From Raillietiella orientalis (Eukaryota): 64,000 bases of DNA. Below are positions 11,701 through 25,455 of this stretch, piece after piece. The notes under the pieces were generated by a model, which saw only the letters and a program-made list of their open reading frames with translations, was not told the DNA's origin and made no database searches. Each line of letters starts with the position of its first letter. The first letter of the stretch is position 1. The DNA lies in the NCBI GenBank assembly GCA_036172245.1, contig JAYWIR010000013.1:372001-436000 (forward strand), given 5' to 3'. Made by a program: the position numbers and the translations under genes.

Positions 11701-14700
11701 TAATGCAGTGAATATGAATTCCTCTAGCTGTAGCAGAGAGCAATTCCTTTGAAATTCCTTTAGATCATAAGAGAAATTGCACACCTCTTTTAATTAGATT
11801 ACAGCAAGCGTTCGTCCCCTTTTGTTTTTGGGTAGACAATAAAGTTTCGAGAAAATGCTCTAAACACTATTTTCTAAGGGTGGGGTTGCCCCTTGAAAGG
11901 TATTCTTAGGAAGCCTATATAATGGTGAGCTAAAAAGTGCTTTAAGGGATGAGTCGTCTTGGTGGCGTACTTCAATCAACTTTTTTCTTTCGATTGAGTT
12001 GAGATGAACCGTCATTTTATTTTGTTTTCGTTTGTTCGAAAGGACGTTTAATTTTTCGACAACGTTAGAAATAAACTGAATGTGCTCTGATAGGAAGATA
12101 TCCAAGGTCGTTGTCGATAAGGGACGACATTAATTCTTACATATGTTTTGTTTCATTTACAAGGAACGAAAACTCGTATCGAATCAGCTGATGCTTATAA
12201 CTATTCTATTCAGATACTAAGTTTACTAAAAGATACTCGTAAATTATAAACATTTGCATAATTCCGAGTATCATTCATAAAATCATATAAAGCAAAGAAA
12301 ATCTGTCTCACTTTCTTGGGTTGATTTCCATGCCTCACGATGCGTCTTGAATCTATCTGGACCATTCTCTTTGGTCTGCCTTTAGTTACGCTTCCATCAG
12401 CTGAAACGATTTTTCTCGTTTCTAAGTGGGAAAATACCTTAGCTTGATCTTTTAATTGGTTGTATACGGTACCAGTTTTAAATTCCACCTTCCTTGGAAT
12501 TCTTGGTTCAAGATCCTTGCCATGAAGACTCGATGGGGAATCAATGCTTGAGAGTTTTATGCACTAGAAATGTGATTCTTTTAACAAACTTTCATAATTC
12601 TCTTTCAAAGGAAACTCTCAGAAGTGATTGCGACCCGTGTATCAATTCAGAAAGCAAAACTTTTTATTGGATGTAATCGAACAGTTTAAGCATAATCGGA
12701 TTCGTTCTACGGAACTTGAATAATCTGCATTATGCTACAGAAATAAAATGCAAGGGAACAGTAAACTTGGATCCACGTGCAGTTCTATAGAGTAATAAGC
12801 CGTACTGATACAGTATGATCTTTGTTGGTTTGTTTTTTTATTTCAGATACAGGTGGTTTGCATTCTTCCTGTTCACGAGGACATCTGATGTTTGCTTCTT
12901 CCTGCAAGAGTGTATAGAAAGCACCGACAAGGATGGCATTACTCCTTTCCCGAACAGATGGGAAGAAGAAGGATAGACTCGAAAAACACATGTTGCTCTG
13001 AGGTCAACATGAATGTTTATGAATGTTTTGGTCATTTCCTAAACTCCTCTGTTTTCATGTTGACCCTTCAATGTGTGCCGGGTGAGCGCACCATCACTGA
13101 TTACTTGGTGAATCGGGAGCCGAACATGAACGCATGCATTCTCCATGTAACATTTAATACTTTGATTATCGAAAAAAAAAAAAAGAATACACAAATTTAC
13201 ATTATAGAGAAGATTGATATCCAAAACCAAATACGGTTTGATTTTGAATACTTCGCATTTACTTCCCATTTTATTCACGGGATCTGTCGTATCAGCATCC
13301 CGAGTAATGTAAGTTTGTGAGAAGAGGTTTGAAAATGGCTTTTATTTGGGTTCATACTTCGTCGTCATACCACGCGCTTCTGCAAGCGAATGAAAGAACT
13401 GTTCCAACTGAGATCACTGTCCTCGGATTTCCATCTCAGCTGCATATTTTCAAAGGCTAAGCAGTGTAGTTTGGAGGAGTGCCACACTTCAGCTTCTGAG
13501 ACTGTTTCGCAATCCTCCCGAAACCACTGTAACCAAGAATCCCACAGTATGCATGCCTGGACTCTCGCAACATTTTGCTGATGCTTCTGCGTATTGCTAC
13601 GCACACAACGCATCATGTGAGGAATTCTCATCGCTCTTGGATTTTTCATCGTGGATCCATAAACTGTTCACTTGGTATTTCAATGGTTCTTTTGCTTTTG
13701 TTTGAACCTCTGGAAAAATGGCATCGACAGACCCTCTGTGTGGACACATCCGGTATCCGACACTCACTATCTATTAAATAGCAATATGTACCCCATAATT
13801 CTTGTGATTTAAGCGTCCAAAGGATAGATTGGGATCAGCCTGGGCTTACGTAAACTACCCGCGTTTGAAGAACGGAGACGCCTCCTGGATTCAACCAGTC
13901 GTTCGCGCATGGTAGTTGAGTATGGAAACAAGTGTTCATGCAGCCGGATCCACCGTTCCAATTTTAGTACATGTACAGCCGAAGCGTGTACAAGACAAGT
14001 TATGTACAGACAAAGAATGCTTCCTATTCTAGAGACAAAAAGCTTCCTTTTGAAACCTTCATTCCTGTCTTCCAATCTTGTATCTTTGTTTGTTTTTTTC
14101 TATTTTTTTGATGTACACCAGCAGTCAATACTGGAAACTCGCGGTCATTAGCTGATACGGGCCTGGTTATGGATCCTCACTCAGTTATATGACTTTTTTC
14201 CCCTTCTTCACTTGAGTATTTTTTTATGACCTCCAAATGCAGAATCGTTGTTACTATAACACTTGCAAGCTTCCGCAGATTCGATTCCATGTTATAACTT
14301 GCCATGCTTGCATCAAGGTTATCGCATTTCTGAAGCACCTCGTTTAAATTTATTGAATTTCTATGCTTTCATCAATTAGAGAGGACGAAAAGACACTGTT
14401 TTTTGCTTTTTTTTGTTTTTTTTAGTTGTGTAAACTTTGGGTTCTTTTTTCAGCAGAAATCTACTGTTCTCTTAGAAAAAGTATCCATTACTATAAAGGA
14501 GAAGGATCACTGATGATTTTCAGCTGCTTGAAAGTGTACTCGATACTTTGCAGTAGCCATGTAAAAAATGGATATCAATCAGCAGGAAATGGAAAAACAA
14601 AACAAAACAAAACAAAACATATGAGGCAGTACATTCACTGTCATCATTTCGAGATTATGTCTGCATGCAGAAGTCCAAGAAAATTTCCTTGTTACAGAAA

Positions 14701-17700
14701 CCCGAAACGGAGAAAAAGTCTCTTAAGATGTATTGTGAGAGCAACAACCTGGGTATGAAGCAACGGAGATATTATTTTGGCGGAGCGAGCGCCTTTTCGG
14801 TGTTTCTATGATTCGTCACCAAGAGACTCTCCGCAGGCAGATGCCTTTTCATATGCATTTCATATCCCTTCTCATTCAGTCTGTATTTACCTTTTTTCCA
14901 GTTAAAAGTAGAGGTAACAACAGGTTCTCTCTTTTGTGCTTCAACGCTTGCCTTTGTGATCTGGTAGCAAGCTCATCCTTTAGTGGCAAGGAATAGTGAC
15001 TTCCTATTAAATCTGTAGGTGACTCGTACCACCTGCTTTCCTGGAAAACAAATACACTGCACAATGGAAAATTACGGAAAATCTAATTTTGGAATTACGA
15101 CATCGCATTTTCTTGAACTGATCTTTCTGCAAATACCTATTACAACGGAAAGGGAATCAAAGGAATTTCACTATTCGTAATCAGAAAGAATGCATTTGGA
15201 GCCATGCGTTTAAACTCATCGAGTTTCGTTCTTGAGAAAATCAAAAACATACCTCTCAGTTCTTACAAGAATGCCATTATCATGATAATGCAAGGACTGA
15301 GTGCATTTTCTAAACACGAAATTCCTGAGAGAAAATCGATTCCTGAGATCAGGTTGCATCACTCTTTGGAAAGTGTTGAGTTTAAAACCAAAATTCAATT
15401 ACATTGGTGGCAACAGCCATTGACAACACAAATGGCTCCACATTTGTGTTGTCAAGGGAGAAAGACGTTCCCAAATGCCCCGTCGGATTGCAGTTCTTAG
15501 CATGAAATAGTCGGACGTAGCGTCTACAAAGAGAGCAGCTTGAGACGCTACGAAACGATTTACAACGATTGACTGCAATTTCAGATAATGGCATGCGAAT
15601 TGCATCTGCAGCCATAGACCATAGACACCGCTTTCGACAAGTCAAATGCTCTCGTTTCAGCGCACAGGAAAAGAGTAATAATCGACGAACATGCAGGTGT
15701 TTAGAAGAACAAACTAACTAGGTTGTCAAAGTGACGGCCATGTTGGATCCAAACAACATAACCCTTGGTATGAGAAAATCTTAGTTGACCTCAAAACACC
15801 TTCGGTTTCTAGTTCTTTGCATCATCATTTATTGTTGATATCTTGCAAGTAGATGATTGAAACACAAAAGTAGTGCTCTCAAGGTCTCACACGTTGGGAC
15901 TTCCATTCGCCCAGATAACAGCGAGCCAATTGCTAGTTCAGAAATGCCTTGAAAAATCATTGTTCCATAAAAAAACAAATAAACAAAACAAAAACTGCTA
16001 CCACTTCTGTTCAATGAATTGTGAGTTTGAAAGCATGATGAAAGCACCGTTCCAAATGCTTTCGTGTCTTTCCGAGTCAAAAAGAAAGTTCTTGGAAGTT
16101 CTCCTATCACACGTTTTCACTTGTCTTGCACAGCACCTCTACATCTTCATGGCAGTCTACAGTTTCATCTGAAACAGTTTCATTTTTCCAAGTTCTCTGT
16201 CATGTTCAAGCTCCTGCAAAAATTGTCTTGAAAAAAATTTCAACTGCATTTCGGTGTGCAAGGCTGGAGGAAATAATTTCTCTCAAAACACACAACTTCA
16301 GGATTCAGGGGCAGGTAGAACCTCTTCAGGACTTTCGAGCAGTCTGGAAGCTCACACACACACGACCCTGCACAGCTCTATTTTAAATGCAACTGCGATT
16401 CACGTGATTCCTTTTTCTTTGTTTTTTGGAACCTTCGAGATGCCATTGACATGATAGATTCGTGTGCAATGATTTGTTCCAGGAAACGACAGTCTCGAAT
16501 GGGCGACATCGACCACAGTCTCGAATCAAACTTCGGAACTTTACCAGAAAGATCTATCTAGAGATGAAGATCTTCAACCAGAGAAATCTCAAACTCGTTT
16601 CCATTTTTCGACTTGTGATGCTTTGAATAGAGAGGCTTGAGAAAATTCAAAATTCAGGTCAGTTCCAAACTTCAGAGTTGACAGCACTCAGCTACACTCA
16701 ATTTCCCCCTGCTTCCAAGACAGCATATCAGTGTCACTTTCAAAGGATGAAAGTTCACAAGATCTTCGCCTCAACTTTAACTTCGGCACAATTACCTACG
16801 GCGCGGTCAAGAACATTGCAAATTCTGGTCTTCCTTCCTATAATCGAACGGCAACAAGGCAACCCTTCATTCAAGTCATAAACAAAATGCTAAAATACCA
16901 ACACAACAAATAATACAGGCAAGCAAGCTGATACTCAAGCAGCTGTCTGCATAAAGCGAATGTAGTACTGGAGAGAGCATCTGTACGAGAAAGCCGGATG
17001 TGCGCGCTGCTGTGGACCTTTTGAAAATGGTGTTTGGCTTATGTGATCCACATAGTCAACCTTGCCTTAATTATTAAAGACAAAAAAAAAAAAGAAGCAC
17101 GGTATAAAGGTTATTGTCATCCCTCAGTTCTTTTTTTTTCCTTCTAGCAAGTGCAACGTGCCACAATAGAATGCATGAGGATACTTGCTTGAAAAAACAG
17201 AAACGATCGGGATACTTTTTGAATATTGTGTCTGACGTTTCCACCATACAGAGAGGCTGCGGACATATCGATCAGTAAAAGGCTATTTATTGACTAAACT
17301 GAATTAGTGATCCACTTTGGTCTGTTTTGATATCATAGGTGTACTCTTTTGAGAAGGGATGGAAACAAGTTTGTCCAGACGAATGTAAGCTGACCAACAG
17401 AATGGATCTGCACGTAGAAGCGAAACCTGTACCACTTGGAGAAGTACCATGGTGAAAGGTAAATAAGATGATACGCTAGGTTGGCATACAAAATCTTTAA
17501 TGGTTTTTTTCTCCCAGGTAATGTGAACCACATGGATCTGTCGAACCTGATCTAATGATAGATACAACCTCGGTACGTTTATTCGCACCCCATATCTTTT
17601 CCTATGGGAAATCCTAACTAGTTTGAAGCTATCTCATTCAAGTAAATGAACATCGGTGATTTTTATTTATTTTTTTTCCAGTGATAGTCTACTGTAAGGT

Positions 17701-20596
17701 ACGCTGTGGAGTGTTAACTGGCAATCCATTGGAGAAAAGGAAATTACAGCTTATCTGGAAATTTCGTTACTTATTTGTTCGCTTCTTCAGACAGCACCGA
17801 TACAGTCAAGAAGAATGCCGAATAAAAGAGAAGACTCTTTTTCATTGGCAAAATCCGACAAGCGATGGGTGAAGAAAGCTGGTTATGAAAAAGAAACCAG
17901 ATGATCAAAGCATCAAGGTGAACTTAATAATATCCGTTGCATATGAAGTTTGATTGAGGATAACACATCAATCGTGCACTAGACACCAATAGGAAAAGCC
18001 TGCTTCGAAAAGGCAAGAAGAAAGCAATACAGAAGGTTTACAAGTTGCCACTGAAGTCTTGTCAACCCCAATCTTTTGACACGTAACTATGCAAGAATTT
18101 ATCAGAGAATCGGCGATTCTGTGTTAAGTGTACAGTACTCACCATTGCAGCTTATTGCACAGTCCATTATGCAGTAATATGCATGCATCATGTAAGAAAT
18201 GCATTCTTAACAGTATGTAATCTAATCCAAAATCCTGGTGGGATTATATCCGCTCTTGTTAAATTCGTAAGCTATTCGATGTAATAGAAAGTTGGCAATG
18301 CTGAAGTGCTGTGAAGGATTTAATGAGGTAATTTTCAGATTGCCTTTATCTTTTGAATTTTGCATTATCGAAAATTCCACTCACATTAGCCGTCAACGAT
18401 TTCTTTTCCACTTGTCAATTCTGGAATGAAAGTCTGCCAAAGGGAAACTTCTTGCATAGGAAATCTTCGTTTCTGTGGGAAAGAGACCAAGTGATCCTCA
18501 TTATCTTCATGTACTTGGGGCGGCTCCAAGCATGCCATACAAGAAGTCCGTGTGAGCTTTTCGCAGGTGATACGGTGAACGCTCACCCCATGTCAAAACG
18601 GAACTCTCATCGGTGGGAGGAATACTGCTCTGCTTTTGTGAACCAAATGGCACGAGAATTGAAAAAGCCAGGCACGAGTTCAAGGGAAGCTGATTATATT
18701 GGTCTATTTTAGATGTAGCTATTCTCTCCGGAGCTTTGTGCTTGTCTGTGTTTTATATTATTGCAAATTCCAATAAAAAGGTGATAAAGTGCATTCAAGG
18801 GATTCTGAGCCAGGTTAGCAGGCCTTGGGAAAAAGCAAGCCTTGGTTCGGACCCCGTGGCCACCTCCTTGAACTAGGTGATTCCCAGTCTCACAAGCAAA
18901 CACAAAAGGTGAACTCTTAGATTGATGGTGTCTCACAAAAAACATCGTTGTGCAATTCCTTCCTCGAATGCATTTCCTCAAAATGGCAAAAAACTTGGGA
19001 AAGTCGATGTTTTTTCCCCTTCCAAACTCCGTGGTCCCTCGCTGCTGAAACAGCGCTCTTATTCTGCAGTATTAAATGCCTGCGAGGAAGAATAACCTAC
19101 AAGACGAGTCAGTTTTCGTTCCTTCTTTGAACGCTTTATCTTCTTCGGGGCTTGGTGGGAATGTTCCCAGTAACTTGGGAAACAGAATGATGGTTCTTTT
19201 TTGAAAATCTCCTGTCACTGGGCAACACCTCCAATTAGAATTTCGCACGGTGTGGCTCGATGTCTTACACAGCAGTTATAATTTCACCACAAGAACCAGA
19301 CTCATTATGTTTTGAGCAAGGAACCTGGGAGTGCTGTGAATTCCATGTTCCCCAAGCATTTGTTTCTTTGATTCTTGGTCTGCTGTCCATGTTTGTTTTA
19401 AACTTTTCATGGGTTTCTTCTATATAGAGATTGTATTAGGAAAATAAATCAAGCAAGTTTTAGAGTGCAAAAGATTTTCCTAGAATGAAATTTGAAAGGA
19501 AGAAAAAAAATTTTTTTTTTTTTTTCTGGCACTTTTTCCACATACATAGGGGAGGGAGAGGGTAGCTGCTGAAGGATACAGAGAAGTGGTTGAAGGCGCA
19601 ACGAATTTTTCAGGCAAAAGTTCCGGAAAAAGCCGCTGTGTGCAAAAATTGCCGTGCTCAAACCGCAATCAGAAATGGAATTTTCGTTTTCGGATCGGAG
19701 CTTCGCTCCCCGACTCAGATCCAAATGAATCGAAAGACCTCCACTTTTTGAAACGGAACAAAAGCTAACGACGTCTTTCCAAGTCGATGATGGGGAGGGA
19801 GGAGGACCCCCCTTGGACAATCGTTCTGTAAATCAATACTCATCGAAACTCGATTCGACCAGAATATCATTTACAAAATTGAAATCAGCAAGTAGAATGC
19901 TCATAGAATTTCCTAACGCCACTTCCCCCCTTCCCTCAGCAAACTTAAGAAATCAGTGCAACGTGGAACCAGAATGATCATTTTACGTGCGGTACGGTGA
20001 TCTTACTGTGTACGGGACACCGATAATCCATGAGTGTGGCTCTAAAACAGGCAAGCATCCCTGCGATGATTGGAAACTTGGGCTGCTGGACCCTGCATCA
20101 AGGGTTTTGTCTTCTGCGATCATCTTCCGTTCACTGGTCGCCCTTTGGACGAATTTTCTATGGGCGAAAATGACGCTTTGGCAGAAAGAGGCTCTCTTGG
20201 AGTTTATCGATCAAGCTTTGAGGGCCTCTTCTGGAGGTTCGTCATGGAGGCCTCTCTAAGACGGGGAAGCCTGGCTTTGCACAGCACTTGGCAAGCATCC
20301 CAGTGCACAACTTCGGGAATGGAAACGTCCTTCGGAATGAATCCGGTTTTCATCAACCTCGACTACTTTGTGAATGTTTTATGAATTCAGGCTTTGCTTT
20401 CTGATGCTCGTATCATTGGCTGCCAGCTTAGAGAGTGCCAGATACATGCGAGGGGATGCATTGCTGTTTGACAAACATCTTGCTTTGTCGACACCGAGTT
20501 GGGGGATTATAGAAAAGTGTACACGCAAAGTACGCTTGTATGCCGACATTTGTTTGATTCGATCATATGCTTGAGTTGGGTAATGAGAAATCCATT

Positions 20597-20712
20597 GCAC
20601 ACGCTTCGGCTGTACATATACTAAAATTGGAACGGTACAGAGAAGATTAGCACGACCCGTGTGCAAGGACGACACGCAAAATCGTGAAGCGTTCCACTAA
20701 AAACAAAAAAAA
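20597..20712 (+). ncRNA. U6: U6 snRNA retroposed copy (probable pseudogene)
   Basis: Full-length U6 match (ACATATACTAAAATTGGAAC, ACAGAGAAGATTAGC, GACACGCAAAATCGTGAAGCGTTCCAC). A-rich tail instead of a T-run; flanking direct repeat AAATCCAT at 20588-20595 and 20710-20717. Confidence 0.9.
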
Positions 20713-20829
20713 TCCATGCCAGACAGCGTCTCTATTTTTGTTTCGGATCTACGCAGCTGCTGTTTCCGATTCCTTATTTATTGATCCGAATAGTCTCTAG
20801 AAACACGGACCAACACGGTGTACCTTCAA

Positions 20830-21845
20830 GGTGGTTTCTGCAGGGGTATTTATCGAAAATAATGAAGATGCATTCCTGTGGAGGAACACGTAGTTTCACC
20901 ACGTACTACAAAAAAAAACACACATTTAACTTGCGAAACAGTGGTACGCATACCGGCGAGGTTCACATGGGCAGCAAAGGGAAACAAAAAACCGAAAACA
21001 AAAACAAACAAAAGGACGGTAAATTTTTTGTCGGGGATGAGTGGAGGGGAAATCGAGGAAGGGATCACTGTCTGCTGCGAGGTGCCCTCTGCATCCTGTC
21101 CAGGATGTTGGCAAGTTTGCTCCGGACATTGTCCAGGTGAAGCCATCTCGTGGCGGTTCTCAAAAAGATTCTCGTCCAGTGGACCGCGTCCCTTCCATTC
21201 TGGCCCCTTCTCCGGGCGTTCCAGGCCGACGTGATCCCTCGAAGACAGCAGAGAACTGCAGGGGTCGCGGCTGGCGGCAGTGTGGCACGCACGAAAAGTT
21301 TCAAAATGTTCCTGGGGTGCCCAGCGGGATTCTAAGGGTCGTCGCAACGCGATCCCAAAGGGGTCAGAGGGCAGCACAGTCCAACAGCAGGTGCGAGAGG
21401 ATCTCCTTCTCCTCGCACCTGTCGCACTGAGCTCCACATTCCCCAGCGTCCAGTGGTGTAGGTGCTCTTTGCATGGGATTCCCCCATGCAACACCAGCAG
21501 CTCCAACTCCTCCCACTTAAGGGGGAGGGCGCCATTGTTCCAGCACGCTGGGGGTCACTTCATGTCCCCTGGAAGGATAGAGAGCAGCTCGCCCCGGCGT
21601 GGGTAAGTCCTTGGGATGGAGCACGGTGTCGCAGAGTCCGTGATTTCTCGAGTTGTCCACAGACCCAGAAGTTTTTTCCTTGCTGTGATGCAGCAACAGT
21701 ACACCTTCCACATTGCTGGATCGTCGCTGTCCCTTGCTTCCTTCAGAAAGGACAATGCTAGGCTAAAAGGGGTAAACGAGAAACACAGCATCTTCCATGG
21801 GTTGCTGACGATCTTCTGCAGCGACCGACTAGCGCTCCTGCCACG
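20830..21845 (-). mobile_element. Tx1/L1-clade non-LTR retrotransposon, 3' fragment (copy A)
   Basis: Degenerate LPLKW..LLVLHGGIPC..HHWTLG zinc-finger region, LCCLRGI, CAGTGATCCCTTCC motif and the family 3' UTR. Confidence 0.8.
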
Positions 21846-21859
21846 CTGAAAACAACCGA

Positions 21860-22350
21860 ATTCCGCCTCGCGGCGCGGTGGTTGCTTCTTTATTAATCCG
21901 AATGGTTTTTAGAAACACGAACCAACAAGGTGCACCTCCACATACCGTCCTTGGAGCTCCCACTGGGGGCCACGCTCTCCAGAATTCATTTCGAACGCTT
22001 TTCACTTCGGATTGTTCCACTTGAAAAATGGGGGACAGCAGGGCGTTTGGCACTCGGCTGGCCACGTATCTGGCTACTTCACAGGATGTCAAGTCTGGTA
22101 CACATCCGCCGTCGCGGATTCCGACGTCTTTCAAGAGCAGTGCTCGCAAGATCTCTGTTGCCAGCGCACCCTTCTCGCCTTGGAGGAGGTGGAAGCACGT
22201 ATGGTGCATGGTGCTTGTAACGAAGACCAAGGTCGCTCGTGCCACCGCGGAGTTATTGATGGAACCACTCCATCGACGTGGAAGAGACCACAGTCTTTGC
22301 CTTCTGCTTGTCTTGTGGGCCCATCACCTGTCGAGCCACTCTCTATCCTT
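21860..22350 (-). mobile_element. 3' end of a probable second, divergent non-LTR family (copy B)
   Basis: ORF ending ..NEFWRAWPP.. followed by AATAAA. Its terminal segment 21890-21940 recurs at 20778-20828 (43/51 identical). Confidence 0.4.
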
Positions 22351-23269
22351 GGTTAGAGGTGCAGTGAGCAGTGGGGGTCCCCTTCCTTCTCCGCACACAC
22401 TTTTTAGGGCTCCACCTGCACTCTCCCGGCTGGGTGTCCGAGTCGGGAGCCGACAAAACCATTCCCACCCATCCAGCAACAAAGTGATCGTGATAAACCC
22501 CATCTTCTCTACGTTCGACCTTTCACCCTCTTCCCACTACTGCATCTCACCACATCCATCATCATCGCATGTCCCATACGAATTCTCCCATCAATAACAG
22601 CACTTGTTTTGACCCAGTCAGATAAATTTCCATGGAAAGACACTGGAAACGACCTCGTACTCTCGAACCACTCCCTCGATCAGAAATTTTCATTTCCCTG
22701 TTTTTCACTCCTATCCTCATTTACTAATCGGAACTCGCTCCGTACGCATTCCCCCCATCATCTGCACACCCTCTCATATCCCTAGCCACCCAACCATGAA
22801 TCCTTAAGCAAACTCTTCTCCATCTACCAAAAACCTCTCTCAGTTCTTCACCCACTTTCATCCCAAAAGTAACCTCGGTATTTGTATCCCTCTTTACCAC
22901 TTTCTCTCTCTCTCTCCTGGAAACCACAAGGTCCCCTTTACACAAAGAAATGACCACGGTGGCACGTCTCCAGCCATTTCTTCCTCCATTCGCTGCCGTT
23001 CTGCGACAGCAGCGGATCGCTTCGCGTGTCAGGTGGTGATTCCGTTCTCCGGACCACCATGCCGATCGCTCTGTAAATCATCTGAGCCACAGTAGCACCG
23101 CCAGCGGGTGCCACGGCTTTTTGCCCTCCCCTCCTCTTCAGTGGATGCCGTCGAAGGTGGTGAATTCCAGGCGACGACGACGTATCATCCAGAAGCTCCC
23201 ACGGAGAGCTCCAAAGCTTTCGACGTCCTCGGTACGAATGAAACAGAGACAAGAATTCGCAACCCCACT

Positions 23270-25455
23270 TTGGGGCCGCCAGCCGGGCTGGGAAGGGACA
23301 CCGGGGAGGGGAAGGGGGCCCTAGCGATCGCGGTCGATCTCCACAAGGCGTTCGACTGCGTGGACCAGGATCTCCTGCTGGAGCTCCTGGGTCGCATGGG
23401 CTTCCCACCCTCTCTACTCTCGTACCTGGGCTCCTGCTGGCGGAATGCGTTAATCAACGTCTCTTTCAGTGGACAAATAGCGTACGTGCCGGTACGGCGG
23501 GGCATACGGCAGGGCGATAGCCTTAGTCACCTGCTCTTTAGCACCTACTTTGAGTTGGTGCTGAGAGCGTACAGGGTGATTTTGGCTGCCTTGCCTAGCT
23601 CGTGCCCCGGCACGCCCGCTGTAGCTGCATACGCCGACGATCTTCTGCTGATGTTGCCCATGTCCTCCCCGGCAGCCGCAGTCGAGGATTTCTTCGATCT
23701 GCTAAGCCGTGGGACTGGACTCCAGGTAAACAAGGCGAAGTCATCGGTGGTAGCGGTGGGTGCGACGTGGGTTGGACGGCCTGACTGGATCCGCTTGGGG
23801 ATCCCCACGGCCAGGTACTTGAAGTACCTGGGTGTCCCGTTGGGGGACTTCTGCCTCGCAGAAGCCTGGTCAGGTCGTCTCCAAAAAGTGGAGTTGGCAA
23901 TCGGCCCGTTCCTGGAAGGCAAGTTCCTTCTGCCGGAACGGGCCGCGGTGTGGAACGCTTCGCGGCCCTCATCCTCCGCTTCTTGCTTTTTGTTTGCCCC
24001 GCCCCCCCCCAGTTGAAGAAGAGGACTAAAGACCTCCTTCGCATAGCCCTCTGGGGCAGCGGGAGGCCTCGTGTGCCTCTGAAGGATTTATGTGCTCCGC
24101 GTCGGGACGGCGATCTTGGCCTCCTGACACTGGAGCGCTTGTGAGATCCAGCTGCGATGGCGCACCCTCGCCATCGCAGCGAAGTTGTGGAGCACCCCTT
24201 GATGCGTTCCGGCCCGCCTCCTCGCCAGCCGTGTTTCCAGGACGCAAGGGCTTGCGTCCTATCTTCTGTGCCGCGGCCGGAAGGTCAGAAGATGCGGCCT
24301 TCTCCTCGGACGCATGGAAGCCCTGGTGAGAGAGAACGGTTGGATAGTATGCAGCCCAGCCAACTGCTCCGCCTGGCTGGAGGAAACCGTTGGAACGTGG
24401 GCAAAGTTGAACAACAGTAGAGAAGAAAACTGGAACCGCTTGCGATTCGGCCCCAACGCCTGCTGCACACTGCGGAGCACTCTGGAGTGTCCCGCCAGGA
24501 GCACGTGGGCGGAGACCACCCCATTAGCTTCGACGCTGCCCTTTCTACGGAGGGCCCTAACCAGCGGCCGGAAGCCGAAGTGGCAAGTCTCCTGCCGTAT
24601 CGCAGGCAGAGAGAAGAAAATGAGCGGTTGGACCATGGGAGAACTGGCAGACGCCACGACCCCGAGTGCCCTCCCGCGTGGAATTCTAAGATGAAGTGAG
24701 CTGCTCAGCATCCCGACGGATGACCTGAAGTGGCCCTTAGTTCTCATCGGATCCAGGCTTCTCCCCCTGAAGTGGCAAGAGTCGGCGCTGCTACTGTTGT
24801 ACTGGGGCTTACCCTGCAACGCGCGCCGCTTCCACTGGACGCGGGGAAGTGTAAGGCCTGAGTTTGCGAGGTGTGGGGAGCGGGAATCGCTCCCCCACCT
24901 ACTTGTTGACTGTGCTGCCCTCCGAACCCTATGGGAACGGTTCGGGACGACCCTCGGGCTCCCGGTGGGCAGCCAACCCAGAGACGTTTTCCGTCATCTC
25001 TTCGTGCGTGACGCCCTGCAGCCAGCCGCAGCCGTGGCAGCACTCTGCTGCATCCGAGGCATCGTGGCGGCCTGGAGCGATGCACGCGACGGGGATTGGA
25101 CGCTATCGAGAGGGATGTCATCCCGTATGCGGTCTGCTTCATGCGGAGAGCTGCAGGATGGCCCCAGCTGGGTTCAATGCTGATGGACCTCGAGGGAATC
25201 CTGAGAAGGTTGGACCCTCCTAACAGTGGAATGTGATCCCTTCCCCTCCCTCCAAACTCTTTTTGTTTTTTCTTTGTTTTTATTTTATTCTTTGTTTCCT
25301 CCCACATCCCCCTCCACTGCCGAGGAGAGTCACGGCGGGCTGCGTCCCGGCGTCCCGGCAGGTCCGGCGTTGTTAGGCCGTTAGTGGGGCCTCGTACCAC
25401 GTCTTGTAGAGTTTTATTTTTTCAATAAACGCCCCGGTCATACCCGGGTGGAAAC
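23270..25455 (+). mobile_element. Tx1/L1-clade retrotransposon, 5'-truncated (copy D): RT + C-terminal zinc finger + 3' UTR
   Basis: AVDLHKAFD, RRGIRQGDSLS, AYADDL, KYLGVPLG, CARCGERESLPHLLVDC; several frameshifts and stops. Confidence 0.92.

Noticed and set aside
17290..17800. Plus-strand exon-like segments with splice-like sites
   Set aside because: They contain stops and give no recognisable product; a consistent gene model could not be built.
22400..23100. Purine-skewed, coding-like minus-strand tract
   Set aside because: No identifiable motif; cannot distinguish a viral from a TE remnant without a search.
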